From: Legionellales bacterium
GTDB taxonomy: Bacteria; Pseudomonadota; Gammaproteobacteria; M30B25
Direction: 5' to 3'
Assembly (NCBI GenBank): GCA_047404175.1
Contig: JBDOIW010000036.1
Location: forward strand, 4,351-68,350
Length of the DNA: 64,000 nt
Of this stretch, positions 50,782-60,448 are shown piece by piece (the stretch's first letter is position 1; every line of letters begins with the position of its first letter). Both the position numbers and the translations under genes were made by a program. The notes under the pieces were generated by a model. It did no database searches. It was not told the origin of the DNA and saw only the letters and a program-made list of their open reading frames with translations.

Positions 50782-50809
50782 ATTATACCACTTTTTTATT
50801 TTCTGTCAA
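50782..50809 (-). promoter_or_regulatory. Consensus sigma70 promoter
   Basis: TTGACA-16 bp-TATAAT with TG extension on the minus strand. Confidence 0.75.
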
Positions 50810-50823
50810 TAGGTTGTGGTTTT

Positions 50824-51447
50824 TCACATGACAAGCAAATGATAAAGCACGGTGGTGGCGCTCATCATCAAGATGCTTCCTGTGATGTGATTTATTCTGA
50901 GTAGAAAAGCATTGCTTATCTTGTGTTGGATGAGAGGGATAATAAAAGACACCGTAGTCCACCATGTCGTGGTACCAAATAGTATACCGAATGCCATTAG
51001 TACGGCTTTTTCATGCGGTATGGGTTCATCAAAAAGGCCAACGGCAGCCATAATGCCTGGCACTGCTATGGCTGTAGCAGGGTTGATGAGGGTTAAAAAA
51101 AACAGATGGATAAGTTTTTGTATCTTATGATTAGAGCTTTGTTCATGTTTAAAATCATCAATGTGATGCTTTTTGTCAAAGAAGAGGAGAATTCCACTTG
51201 AAGCTAGGAGAATAATGCCTGCAATTTGTAAGGTGATTAAGTGGTTTTGCACTGTATCGACTAACTTTGTAAAGCTTAATGCTGCCAAAAGTGCGTAGCA
51301 AGCGTCTGCTAGACCGCAGGAAATGCCCGATAGAATGCACATGGTGCGCCCATAAACAAGCTGATGTTTAAGACAGACTGCGCCTACTGCACCAATGGGC
51401 GCAGAGACAGCAATGCCAAGCAGGATGCAGAGTACAAAGTCGCCCAT
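50824..51447 (-). CDS. LysE-family transporter
   Basis: GIAVSAPIGAVG, LTLINP, GTTTWW. Confidence 0.9.
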   Translation of the reverse strand: MGDFVLCILLGIAVSAPIGAVGAVCLKHQLVYGRTMCILSGISCGLADACYALLAALSFTKLVDTVQNHLITLQIAGIILLASSGILLFFDKKHHIDDFKHEQSSNHKIQKLIHLFFLTLINPATAIAVPGIMAAVGLFDEPIPHEKAVLMAFGILFGTTTWWTTVSFIIPLIQHKISNAFLLRINHITGSILMMSATTVLYHLLVM

Positions 51448-51455
51448 GATCTTTT

Positions 51456-52613
51456 TTAACTCCCATGTAGATTGAAAAGAAACTGTTCGTACAGAGCTGT
51501 AAGCGTATGGAGGTCAGTCAGTGACGTGTGTTCGTTGATTTGGTGAATGGTTTTATTGATAAGCCCCATTTCTATGACTTCACACCCAAGAGGCGCAATA
51601 AACCGCCCATCAGAGGTGCCCCCGGATGTGGATAAAATAGGCTCTTTGTGTTGAATCTTGCTGATAGCATCTACCATAGCTTTAACTAGTTTGCCTGCTG
51701 GGGTATAAAAGGGTTTTCCAGAGTGGTGCCAGTCTATTGTGACAGCAGTGCCGTATTTCTGTGCGGAGTGCTCTTGAAAGATGGTTTCAGTCAGGTGTTT
51801 TAGTGTGTTGGCATCTGTTTCAGGGCTATAGCGAAAATTAAGGGTAATATTGACTTGATTGGGAATGACGTTACTGGTTCTAGTGTCTGATTCGATAGAG
51901 ACTAATTGACACTGTGTGGGGTCAAAGTGCTCGTTACCCTGGTCCCAGGAATGCTGTGTCATTTGGTTAAGTGCTTCAATACAGGCGTGTATTGGGTTGA
52001 GTGCAAGGTGAGGGTAGGCGACATGGCCTTGTTTACCCTTGACCGTGATATGAGCAGAAAGTGAGCCGCGTCGACCAATTTTGACGGTGTCTCCTACGTG
52101 ACTTTTTGAACTCGGTTCCCCTACAAGGCAGTAGGCTGGAATACAATAGTTTTTTTCTTTGATAGCTTGGATCATGGCTTTAATGCCATACCGTGCAGGG
52201 CCCTCTTCGTCGCTTGTAATCAAAATACCAACATTGAGCTTGGGTAGCTTGTGAGTAGCGAGTTGAAGTGCTGTAAGAAAACAGGCGATCCCACCTTTCA
52301 TGTCAACAGCGCCGCGGCCATATAGATGATCATTTGCTATCGTTGCAGAAAAGGGGGGGTAACTCCATTGTGTTTCATCGCCAGTTGGGACTACATCGGT
52401 ATGGCCAACATACCATAATTGTGGATCACCTTCTGGGCGACAATAATAACTATTAGTGATGCCTTCTTGATCAAACGAATGTCTTTTGTAGCCCAGTCGG
52501 GCTAAAAAGTCAGCAATAAGATCTTGGCAGCCCGCATCAATAGGTGTCACAGATGCTTTTTGGATGAGCTGTTGGCAAAGCATGACCGGATCAGCTGATT
52601 GCATCGCTAGCAT
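51456..52613 (-). CDS. dapE: Succinyl-diaminopimelate desuccinylase
   Basis: GHTDVVP, GRGAVDMKG, SDEEG, GRRGSL, GGTSDGRF, TIHQINE. Confidence 0.97.
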   Translation of the reverse strand: MLAMQSADPVMLCQQLIQKASVTPIDAGCQDLIADFLARLGYKRHSFDQEGITNSYYCRPEGDPQLWYVGHTDVVPTGDETQWSYPPFSATIANDHLYGRGAVDMKGGIACFLTALQLATHKLPKLNVGILITSDEEGPARYGIKAMIQAIKEKNYCIPAYCLVGEPSSKSHVGDTVKIGRRGSLSAHITVKGKQGHVAYPHLALNPIHACIEALNQMTQHSWDQGNEHFDPTQCQLVSIESDTRTSNVIPNQVNITLNFRYSPETDANTLKHLTETIFQEHSAQKYGTAVTIDWHHSGKPFYTPAGKLVKAMVDAISKIQHKEPILSTSGGTSDGRFIAPLGCEVIEMGLINKTIHQINEHTSLTDLHTLTALYEQFLFNLHGS

Positions 52614-53427
52614 CCCTTAAGATTTGATTGATACCAGTTTTGGCTTTAGTTTTTTCATCGACATACTTCACAATAATCGCAGCATTGAGATGGCAGCCAC
52701 CTTGTGAAGAGGGGACTGATCCTGGGACTACAACTGCACCTTTAGGTACACGCCCATAGCTTATCTTTCCTGTATGACGATCGAGAATTTTAGTGCTTTG
52801 ACTGATAAAGGTACCCATGGCAAGAACTGCTCCTTCTTCAACAATGACGCCTTCTGCTACTTCGGAGCGGGCTCCAATAAAGCAGTTGTCCTCAATGATA
52901 GTGGGAGTGGCTTGCAGAGGTTCGAGTACGCCGCCGATGCCAGCTCCGCCTGATAGGTGAACATTTTTACCTATTTGAGCACAGGATCCAACGGTTGCCC
53001 AGGTATCAATCATGCATCCTGTGTCGATATAAGCACCAATGTTGATAAAGCTTGGCATGATGACGCAATCCTTGCTGATGTGGGCACCGTAGCGAACCAC
53101 TGAGCCTGGTACTACACGAACACCTGCTTTTTGAAAATCTTCAGGACGGTCGTGAGTATACTTTAAGGGAACTTTATCATAATAATGACATAGAGTGTCG
53201 GACATCACACCATTGGGGTGTAGCTTAAAGTATAGGAGAATCGCCTGTTTGGCCCACTCATGGACAGTCCAGTTTTCGCCATTTTTTTCAGCGACACGAA
53301 GTGTTCCTTGATCAATCATCTGGATCGTTTCCACGACAGCATCTTTGATTGATTGCTCGCATGATTTGAAATCAAGCTCATTTAAATGAGTAAAGGCTGA
53401 TTCGATAATTTTTTTGTGCTGGGTCAT
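52591..53427 (-). CDS. dapD: Tetrahydrodipicolinate N-succinyltransferase
   Basis: YYDKVPLK, DTWATVGSCAQIG, GIGGVLEPLQA. Confidence 0.98.
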   Translation of the reverse strand: MTQHKKIIESAFTHLNELDFKSCEQSIKDAVVETIQMIDQGTLRVAEKNGENWTVHEWAKQAILLYFKLHPNGVMSDTLCHYYDKVPLKYTHDRPEDFQKAGVRVVPGSVVRYGAHISKDCVIMPSFINIGAYIDTGCMIDTWATVGSCAQIGKNVHLSGGAGIGGVLEPLQATPTIIEDNCFIGARSEVAEGVIVEEGAVLAMGTFISQSTKILDRHTGKISYGRVPKGAVVVPGSVPSSQGGCHLNAAIIVKYVDEKTKAKTGINQILRDASDAIS

Positions 53428-53619
53428 ATATTTTAAGAATCTAATAAATCTCATAAAATTGTACAGATTTTATGTCGTGTATTCAACGGCCATGATAATG
53501 CAAGCTTGAGATCCTGCTAAATTCCCTAACATGTAACCTTGTCATGAGTGAAAAATCTATTTTAATGATAAGTTTTATATGTTAACGTTGCTGCTATTTG
53601 TTTCTATAAAGAGGTTAGG

Positions 53620-54285
53620 TTGGTTCAGCTTGTTATTAACAAGAATCTATTTGATCAATTTCGTGTAGTGTGGGTTAATTTCGTCATTCCAGTATGTCTG
53701 GCTGCAAATTTATGTAAGATAGTGCTAGCAGCTTTCACATGGATATGTGGGCACCGACTTGTGGGGCAAAGATTTCAATCATTGGATGCAGTCCAAGAGA
53801 CGAGCTCCTAGTTGTTTGTCATGCAATTATTTTCGGTTGGGGTTATGAGTCTTTTGGAGTATCATCAAGTCATAACATTTTCTGAACGTGAGCGAACACA
53901 CTGGCGAGGCTATCCTTGTGCGAATGATTTGGCTAGGATTAAAACCACCGAAGAAAAAAACACTCAGTGGCAAAGATATGTCTATGGCCATATTGGTGAG
54001 GAGTTTGTTCCTGGTGACTTTCTCTGTCCTATAACGTATCAGATCATGAGACAGCCGGTGACTTATGCTAAGCACACCTTCGAAAAAAATGCGATAGAAC
54101 GATGGCTGATGCACAGGTCTACATGTCCTATCACGCGTGTTTATGTTGAAAAAAATTATTACAAACCTAATGATGAACCTGCGGATAGAATTGGACGTTG
54201 GGTTATTGAACACACATCTGTCTCTCATCACGCAAAAGAGCATGCAATGCCTGATCAAATTCAATCTGCTTATACTTTCGTTTGA
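53620..54285 (+). pseudogene. TM plus U-box protein with in-frame TAG at 53809-53811
   Basis: ORFs 53620-53811 and 53812-54285 share a frame; U-box FLCPITYQIMRQPV...FEKNAIERWL...CPITR; homologous to 54404 on both sides of the stop. Confidence 0.75.
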
Positions 54286-54403
54286 TAGTTTTGGCGTGCT
54301 ACTTGAGATTCATCACATGCTTTGTTGGCACACATTGATGCATGACTGTATTAACACGAGGGTTCATGCTATCCTCTAGTTAAATCAATTTATTATAGTT
54401 GTC

Positions 54404-55129
54404 ATGTCACATTTAGTGGTGAATTTAGACACTTTTAATAAAATTCACTATCTCTATTTGTTTATTGCATTTTCTGCAGTGGCTATGTCCTTGCTTAGTA
54501 TGCTTTACCCTGCCTTAGTTCTCAGTATCGTTGCTCTAGTTATGACTTGTGTATCATATGTATTAGCAGCAACTTTTTTGTTCGGTATGGTACTATGTTA
54601 TTATGATCTACTGAGGCTTTCCCCTGATGAGCCAACCCATATTCATAGGGACGTTGTTATTAGTCCTGAGAAACAAAAAGAGATTACTGTTAATTTCAAT
54701 GCCGATTCAGATTGGGTTTATGACATTGAGCAGTCCTTAGAAGATAAGTGTTTTGATATTCCTGAGAAATTCAAATGCCCTATAACGCGTTTTATTATGA
54801 AAAACCCGGTGACTTGTCATGGTCAAACTTATGAGAAAACTGCTATTGAATCCTGGCTGTCTGATAGTAACCATACATGTTGCCCAATGACGCGAAAACC
54901 TGTACAAATGCAGGATTACAAGCCAAACGAAGAGCTCGCAACTGAAATAAAGAGTTGGCTTGCTGAAAAACTACCAGAACACTCTATTTGCAATCAGATC
55001 AGACCTGCTGAGCCCTCTAATGCCGCTCTGTTTGGACTTTCTTTGTTTGCGGGGTTAGAAGATGAAGATAGTGATCTTTCAGCTCCTCTACTTGATAAGT
55101 CCATGCAAAGCTTTGGAAAGTCGCTTTAA
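54404..55129 (+). CDS. Membrane-anchored U-box (E3 ligase-like) protein
   Basis: IPEKFKCPITRFIMKNPV...GQTYEKTAIESWL...CPMTR...PNEELATEIKSW; two N-terminal TM helices. Confidence 0.9.
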   Translation: MSHLVVNLDTFNKIHYLYLFIAFSAVAMSLLSMLYPALVLSIVALVMTCVSYVLAATFLFGMVLCYYDLLRLSPDEPTHIHRDVVISPEKQKEITVNFNADSDWVYDIEQSLEDKCFDIPEKFKCPITRFIMKNPVTCHGQTYEKTAIESWLSDSNHTCCPMTRKPVQMQDYKPNEELATEIKSWLAEKLPEHSICNQIRPAEPSNAALFGLSLFAGLEDEDSDLSAPLLDKSMQSFGKSL

Positions 55130-55319
55130 AGACAATTGTTATGTGTTGTTAGAGGTTTTGTTATTTGTTTGATGTTGTTTTAGCTAGATAAGTTTTTTTA
55201 TCATCCCTTTCATGGCTTTTTATCTTTTCTATTTTCTTGCTCTATTTTAACTGATGGCCTGTAAATATATATATTTGATCTATATTTTCTTATGAAATAG
55301 ATTGTGAGCAGGTTTTATT

Positions 55320-56777
55320 ATGAGATGGATTAGAAAAACAGATCAACAGAAAGGCTTGAATAAGACTATCTCAACTGAAAGTTTAAACAAGCTTGATTAT
55401 AAGTATGGTGATCAAAGTAATCCCATTGCAAATTTAATTCAATTTTCAGAGCCTGCACCCAATAAAGACTATGCCGATGATATTGGGGCAAACCCCTATG
55501 CAAAAATGTTGAAGATGAAAGAAATGGTTAAAGAGGTTTTTACTCCTCCTGCCAAGCACAGTAAGACTAGTACGAGAGGCCATATGGGTAGAGAGGCAAA
55601 GATCGAACAGCGCAAAAAAGATTTAACACGACATGTATTCCAGAAGCTTATGAGAAGCATTGGTCAAAAAATGCGTAAACAAAGTCGCCATAGTCAGACT
55701 GATCCCCGTGTCGTTGACGTCTTTGAGGCATCTTTGGTAGAAGCATTAGAAGTATCTAAAATGATGAGGCCTCTGCTGGGAGAAGAGTGGTTTGATGTAG
55801 CTAATTATATCAATGAGCATGAGATCTATAATAAAGATAAAGACTTTACTCAAATAGTTGATGATTATAATACGAGCTTAAAGCTGGAGTCATTTTCTGA
55901 AGAGAGTAATGATAAGATGGTCGAAATGGCCGTTTCTTATGGAAAGAGCGTTGTAAGTGATGATGATCTATTAAGCGTTCTTAAGCAGTGCTGTGCTCGG
56001 TCATTGGTCATGGGGGATGATATTGCATTGTGCAGGGATCTTAGAAATAAAATTGCAACTATTCTATTTCTTAGGGCACAATTATCAGAAGATTCCGATC
56101 TGGATTTTAAGGTTCAATGTCAGCTTGGTTTGGATTTGGACTATGCCATGGATCCAAATGCTTCGATTGTTATGTTGCAGGAGCAGCTTGTTAAAATTAC
56201 TGATGATCAATTTGCTGAGCAAGATGAACGTATCTACCCTCAAGAATTTGTTGATGCTGCGAAGCAAGTGCGCCTCTATAATAATAGGGGGTTTGACCAG
56301 TTTGGTTGTGATCGTCGAGGTTATGATGAGTATGGCTTTAACTCGGAAGGATATAACAGAGAGGGTTTCGATTTCAATGGCTTTAACAAATTAGGTTATG
56401 ATGCAGAAGGCTATGATCAGGAGGGTATTGATCCTCTGGGACTTAATAATTGTGGTGAAATTTGTGCTGATATCGATAAGGATTTCTTTCTTAACAGAAG
56501 TCCTAAAGATGCTATTTCTTGTATCAAAGAGTATCAAGTTAAAGTCGATACGATACTGCAATCAGAAGGGGATAATAGCGAAGCAGGCCAAAAGTTGCTA
56601 GATGATTGGAATAGTTTTCTTAAGGATGTCAGTAAGATAATACAATCTAATAAGTATGATAACGAAACAGGGCACGAGCTGCGGGATGATTGGAATAGTT
56701 TTCTTGTTCAGAGTGGAGCAACAATGCGACCTAGGTCAAATGACTTGAGTGGCCCACGTTCTTCGAGTAGTTGCTGA
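55320..56777 (+). CDS. Hypothetical protein with [FY][DN]xxG pentapeptide repeats
   Basis: 485-aa ORF; 12 pentapeptide units at 56277-56456. Confidence 0.8.
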   Translation: MRWIRKTDQQKGLNKTISTESLNKLDYKYGDQSNPIANLIQFSEPAPNKDYADDIGANPYAKMLKMKEMVKEVFTPPAKHSKTSTRGHMGREAKIEQRKKDLTRHVFQKLMRSIGQKMRKQSRHSQTDPRVVDVFEASLVEALEVSKMMRPLLGEEWFDVANYINEHEIYNKDKDFTQIVDDYNTSLKLESFSEESNDKMVEMAVSYGKSVVSDDDLLSVLKQCCARSLVMGDDIALCRDLRNKIATILFLRAQLSEDSDLDFKVQCQLGLDLDYAMDPNASIVMLQEQLVKITDDQFAEQDERIYPQEFVDAAKQVRLYNNRGFDQFGCDRRGYDEYGFNSEGYNREGFDFNGFNKLGYDAEGYDQEGIDPLGLNNCGEICADIDKDFFLNRSPKDAISCIKEYQVKVDTILQSEGDNSEAGQKLLDDWNSFLKDVSKIIQSNKYDNETGHELRDDWNSFLVQSGATMRPRSNDLSGPRSSSSC

Positions 56778-56856
56778 TCATTATTATTTTTTTAATAAAT
56801 ATTTAATAATTCCATTGTAAGGTCATCTATGATGACTATTTAACTTGGGATTTTGA

Positions 56857-57960
56857 TTGATGAATTTTGCACTTATTAGATATACTATTGCATTGGCAAA
56901 TAGGTCGTTAGAGACAATTTTTACTACTGGAAGTATCATTGGTATTGTTGGATTCAATGTCATGGCTGCAGTCGCACCATACCTTATTCCAATAATCATT
57001 CCAGCTACTCCGGGGATAAGTATTGTTATGTTATGGTTTGGTGTATCATTCTTTGTTGGACCTTCGGTCGTGTATGCTTCAATTGTGGCGGTTGGCTTGG
57101 CAGCTCAGCTGGTCTTTAGTGCCGCAGAGATTTCTATCATGCTTGTAAAGGGAGTTGTAAGTGCGCTCACTACAGTGGCCTCTGGGTTGTACTCGGCCGC
57201 TAAATGGTTATTGACGCCTGGTGCAAAACAGTTAACACCTGCTGAGCAACAGTTTGCAAAATCAATGACCCTAGAAGCTTATAATAAGACAATTGAGGCA
57301 GTTAAGCAGCAACTTGGAGCATTTAAGATTGGCTATTACCAAAAAAATGCATCTGGATGTTATGAGTTTGTAGCTAAGTTTAATCCTGGTGTATTAAAGA
57401 GTAGCACTGGAGATATTTTGCCTCATGCCGCAGCAAGCCTCGTCATTGCCGCTAAAAAGAGCAAAGATATTAGATCTTGTCTACCTGTTTTGATGGCATC
57501 TCATGAGCGCTCTGAAGCAAAATATTTCACTCTTGACGTAGTAAAAGATACTCTGATGCGGGCTAAGTCTACACTGAAGGGAGTATCAATGCCTTCTTAT
57601 ATTGTTAGCTCTACACAAAGCGCCAGTGATTGCGAATGTTTTTATCGCGATCGCGAGGGTGATGTCTCAGTTCGTGAGATTGAGGTAGATAGTAATAACT
57701 ACCAAGAAGTAGCACTTAAACTTCGCCTATTTGCAAAGAATAACCCTGAGCTACAGAGAATAATGCCTAGTGTCCTGAAGAATGAGGCTGGTGAGGCTGA
57801 AGAATTTAACGCTAACGGTTGTGTTACTAATCTATTAGTTGATGATAAGGGTATTCCTCGTTACTTTGCTTGCCCTGTTGAAGATGGCTCTATTGTTAGT
57901 CAGCCTTGTAGGATGGGTTTGAGCGAGTTTGTTTCACATGGGATTAGTGGTATGGTGTAA
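56857..57960 (+). CDS. Hypothetical protein with hydrophobic N-terminal third
   Basis: 367-aa ORF followed by a terminator. Confidence 0.75.
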   Translation: MMNFALIRYTIALANRSLETIFTTGSIIGIVGFNVMAAVAPYLIPIIIPATPGISIVMLWFGVSFFVGPSVVYASIVAVGLAAQLVFSAAEISIMLVKGVVSALTTVASGLYSAAKWLLTPGAKQLTPAEQQFAKSMTLEAYNKTIEAVKQQLGAFKIGYYQKNASGCYEFVAKFNPGVLKSSTGDILPHAAASLVIAAKKSKDIRSCLPVLMASHERSEAKYFTLDVVKDTLMRAKSTLKGVSMPSYIVSSTQSASDCECFYRDREGDVSVREIEVDSNNYQEVALKLRLFAKNNPELQRIMPSVLKNEAGEAEEFNANGCVTNLLVDDKGIPRYFACPVEDGSIVSQPCRMGLSEFVSHGISGMV

Positions 57961-57985
57961 TTGTTTAAATTGATGCTATGTATTC

Positions 57986-58021
57986 AAAAAAAAGCGCCCA
58001 AAAATTGGGCGCTTTTTTTTT
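57986..58021. terminator. Bidirectional intrinsic terminator
   Basis: AAAAAAAAGCGCCCAA-AAA-TTGGGCGCTTTTTTTT between convergent genes. Confidence 0.92.
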
Positions 58022-58082
58022 GGCGCTAGAGCCGTTTGTGGACGACCTTAGTAAGCTGCTAGGCTCCGTGTAGTAGGGTGAG

Positions 58083-60428
58083 CTAGTTTTTGTGGATCAT
58101 ACACATATCTGAAAGATAACCATAAAGAACTGACTTTTCGACTTTCATTTCAGAATTATTGGCGATATTATTTTCTTCTTTTTCAAGTCTCTTTTCTCTA
58201 GCGGCTTCTTGTCCCTTCCATTTGGACTTCAAGGTAGAGCATTCTTTGAGCTCGCATTTCTCATCGCCGTTATAGGTTGTATTTTTTTCAATGCATGTTT
58301 GATAGCACATGTCGTAGTCAATTTCCGCATCTCTTTCTGCTTGCGGTATTTCTATATAGCGTTTGTGCAAGTCCTGTAAGATAGCTTTATCTTGTATGCT
58401 AGATCTACTGTAAGTTGTTGGTTCTTGAACGAAGTCATAGGGGCCTAATGACGCCGTGTTAGAGATGACTGATCCACCGACATTACTGCAGCATCTTCTT
58501 ACATTGAGAATAGAAAGCTTACCATAATGATCTAGTTGACGAGAATCTAGTCTATTAAGCAGATCTTTTATGATTGTTCGATTATCTTCGTACATATAAA
58601 TGAAACGATCATTATTTTGCATCGATTGGTAGGAATGCCATCTTTCGCTCTCATCAATACATTGTTCAAATGTTTGCGCTTTTTTTTCATCTAGGTGCTC
58701 ATAGCTATTGGCGTCAAAGTCATTTTGACAAAAGTTCTGACTTAGTAGTGCGTAATTGGTGATTTCACTTGCGAGCACTTCTTCTTGGGTGCATGCAAGG
58801 TTATAGGCAAGCTTTTCGTGAGCGGATAAGCCTGCTGCGCTTTTTGTGCAGTCAAATGCTAACATGCTACTAAGCTTTTTGTAATCCAAGGAGAATAAGT
58901 AATCGTTTTCTGTCTCAGTATATCCAGAGAGATGAATTAACTCTAGGCGATCTAACAGCGCGTAAGGGATGTCAAGGCTATTAGCTGTGGCAATGAACAT
59001 CACCTTGGACAAATCGAAATCAACTTCAAGGTAATGATCATTAAATTGCTTATTTTGAGATGGATCAAGCACTTCAAGCAAGGCAGAAGCAGGATCTCCA
59101 CGAAAATCAGAGCCTAGTTTGTCAATTTCATCAAGAAGAAAAACCGGATTGTTTTTCTTACACTTAGCAAGCTTTTGCATGATACGGCCCGGCATTGCAC
59201 CTATATAAGTTTTTCTATGGCCTCGTATTTCGGCTTCGTCACGCACACCACCCAGAGATAACTTCACAAATTCTCTTCCTGTGGCCTTGGCAATCGATTC
59301 ACCTAATGAAGTTTTACCCACACCAGGAGGACCCACTAGACAGAGTATAGGGCCATGACTTTGTTTAGCTCGTTTCTCAACGGCCAAGTACTCTACAATG
59401 CGTTCTTTTACTTTTTCTATACCGTAGTGATCTTGATCCAAAACTTTTTGCGCTTTTATAATGTCCTTGTTAAGCTTTGAACTTTTTTTCCAAGGCATCT
59501 CAAGCAATGTATCTAAGTAATGTCGAATCACAGTCGCTTCTGAGGATAATGGTGCCATCATTCTAAGTTTATTAAGTTCTGACTGCGCTTTTTCAAAGGC
59601 CTCTTGAGAAAGTCCTGCTGATTCAATCTGTTCCTCTAGTTCGCTTAGATCATCACCAGTAGGCTCACCTTCCACATCATTAATTTCGTTTTGAACCACA
59701 TTGAGCTTTTCGTTGAGATAGTACTTTAGCTGACTATCATCCATCCGCTGCTTGACCTTTTGTTGAATTTTTTGATCTATTTCAATTTGATTCAACATCT
59801 CTTTTATTTCAGTCAATAGAATATCAGCACGGGCTAAGACATCCTGTTCCATAAGAAGAAAGTACTTTTGTTCTTGACTTAACTTAAGATGAGCTGCAAT
59901 TAAGTGCGTCACCTGACTTAGGGTCATATCAGAACTCACTGCACCTTTTAGTTCTTTTGGATACTGCTTGTTTTTCTCCATTAACTCATTATACAAGGTC
60001 ACTAGTGCGTGCTTTGAGGCTTCTGATTCACAATCATCATTGTCATAAGGAAAATCGTGCAAGAGCTCTATGTCAAGTGATAAATGCGGCGACTCTGATA
60101 CCATCGATTTAACTTTAGCTCTGGCCTCAGCTTCGACCAATACTTTAATGGTGCCATCTTGTAAACGCAGCACTTGAAGTAAAACCCCAACACAACCGAC
60201 GGTGTGTAAGTCATTCAAACCAGGAGCTTCCAGATCAGGATCTTTTTGGGCGGTCATAAACAATCGCTGTTCTGGGTGTTTGCAAGCCTCTTCGATAGCT
60301 GCAACCGACTGATCCCTACCAATAAACAGAGGACTGACTGTTCCTGGAAAAAGAACTAAATCGCGTAATGAAAGCGTAGGATAAATGCCAGATTGTAAAG
60401 TCTCTACATCAGTATCATAAGTTGACAA
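58083..60428 (-). CDS. lon: Lon N-domain and AAA+ core fused to an unrelated C-terminal domain (no protease domain)
   Basis: GPPGVGKT, LLDEIDK, LLDRLELIHLSGYTE; Lon homology stops near residue 507 and no PKDGPSAG catalytic motif follows. Confidence 0.9.
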   Translation of the reverse strand: MSTYDTDVETLQSGIYPTLSLRDLVLFPGTVSPLFIGRDQSVAAIEEACKHPEQRLFMTAQKDPDLEAPGLNDLHTVGCVGVLLQVLRLQDGTIKVLVEAEARAKVKSMVSESPHLSLDIELLHDFPYDNDDCESEASKHALVTLYNELMEKNKQYPKELKGAVSSDMTLSQVTHLIAAHLKLSQEQKYFLLMEQDVLARADILLTEIKEMLNQIEIDQKIQQKVKQRMDDSQLKYYLNEKLNVVQNEINDVEGEPTGDDLSELEEQIESAGLSQEAFEKAQSELNKLRMMAPLSSEATVIRHYLDTLLEMPWKKSSKLNKDIIKAQKVLDQDHYGIEKVKERIVEYLAVEKRAKQSHGPILCLVGPPGVGKTSLGESIAKATGREFVKLSLGGVRDEAEIRGHRKTYIGAMPGRIMQKLAKCKKNNPVFLLDEIDKLGSDFRGDPASALLEVLDPSQNKQFNDHYLEVDFDLSKVMFIATANSLDIPYALLDRLELIHLSGYTETENDYLFSLDYKKLSSMLAFDCTKSAAGLSAHEKLAYNLACTQEEVLASEITNYALLSQNFCQNDFDANSYEHLDEKKAQTFEQCIDESERWHSYQSMQNNDRFIYMYEDNRTIIKDLLNRLDSRQLDHYGKLSILNVRRCCSNVGGSVISNTASLGPYDFVQEPTTYSRSSIQDKAILQDLHKRYIEIPQAERDAEIDYDMCYQTCIEKNTTYNGDEKCELKECSTLKSKWKGQEAAREKRLEKEENNIANNSEMKVEKSVLYGYLSDMCMIHKN

Positions 60429-60448
60429 GTAAACCTCCTCAGTCAGAA

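Noticed and set aside
56760-56777. C-terminal SSSSC as a CaaX prenylation signal
   Set aside because: The Cys is terminal, not at position -4
53500-58082. Prophage or integrative element explaining the effector-like cluster
   Set aside because: No integrase, transposase, phage gene or flanking att repeat was found
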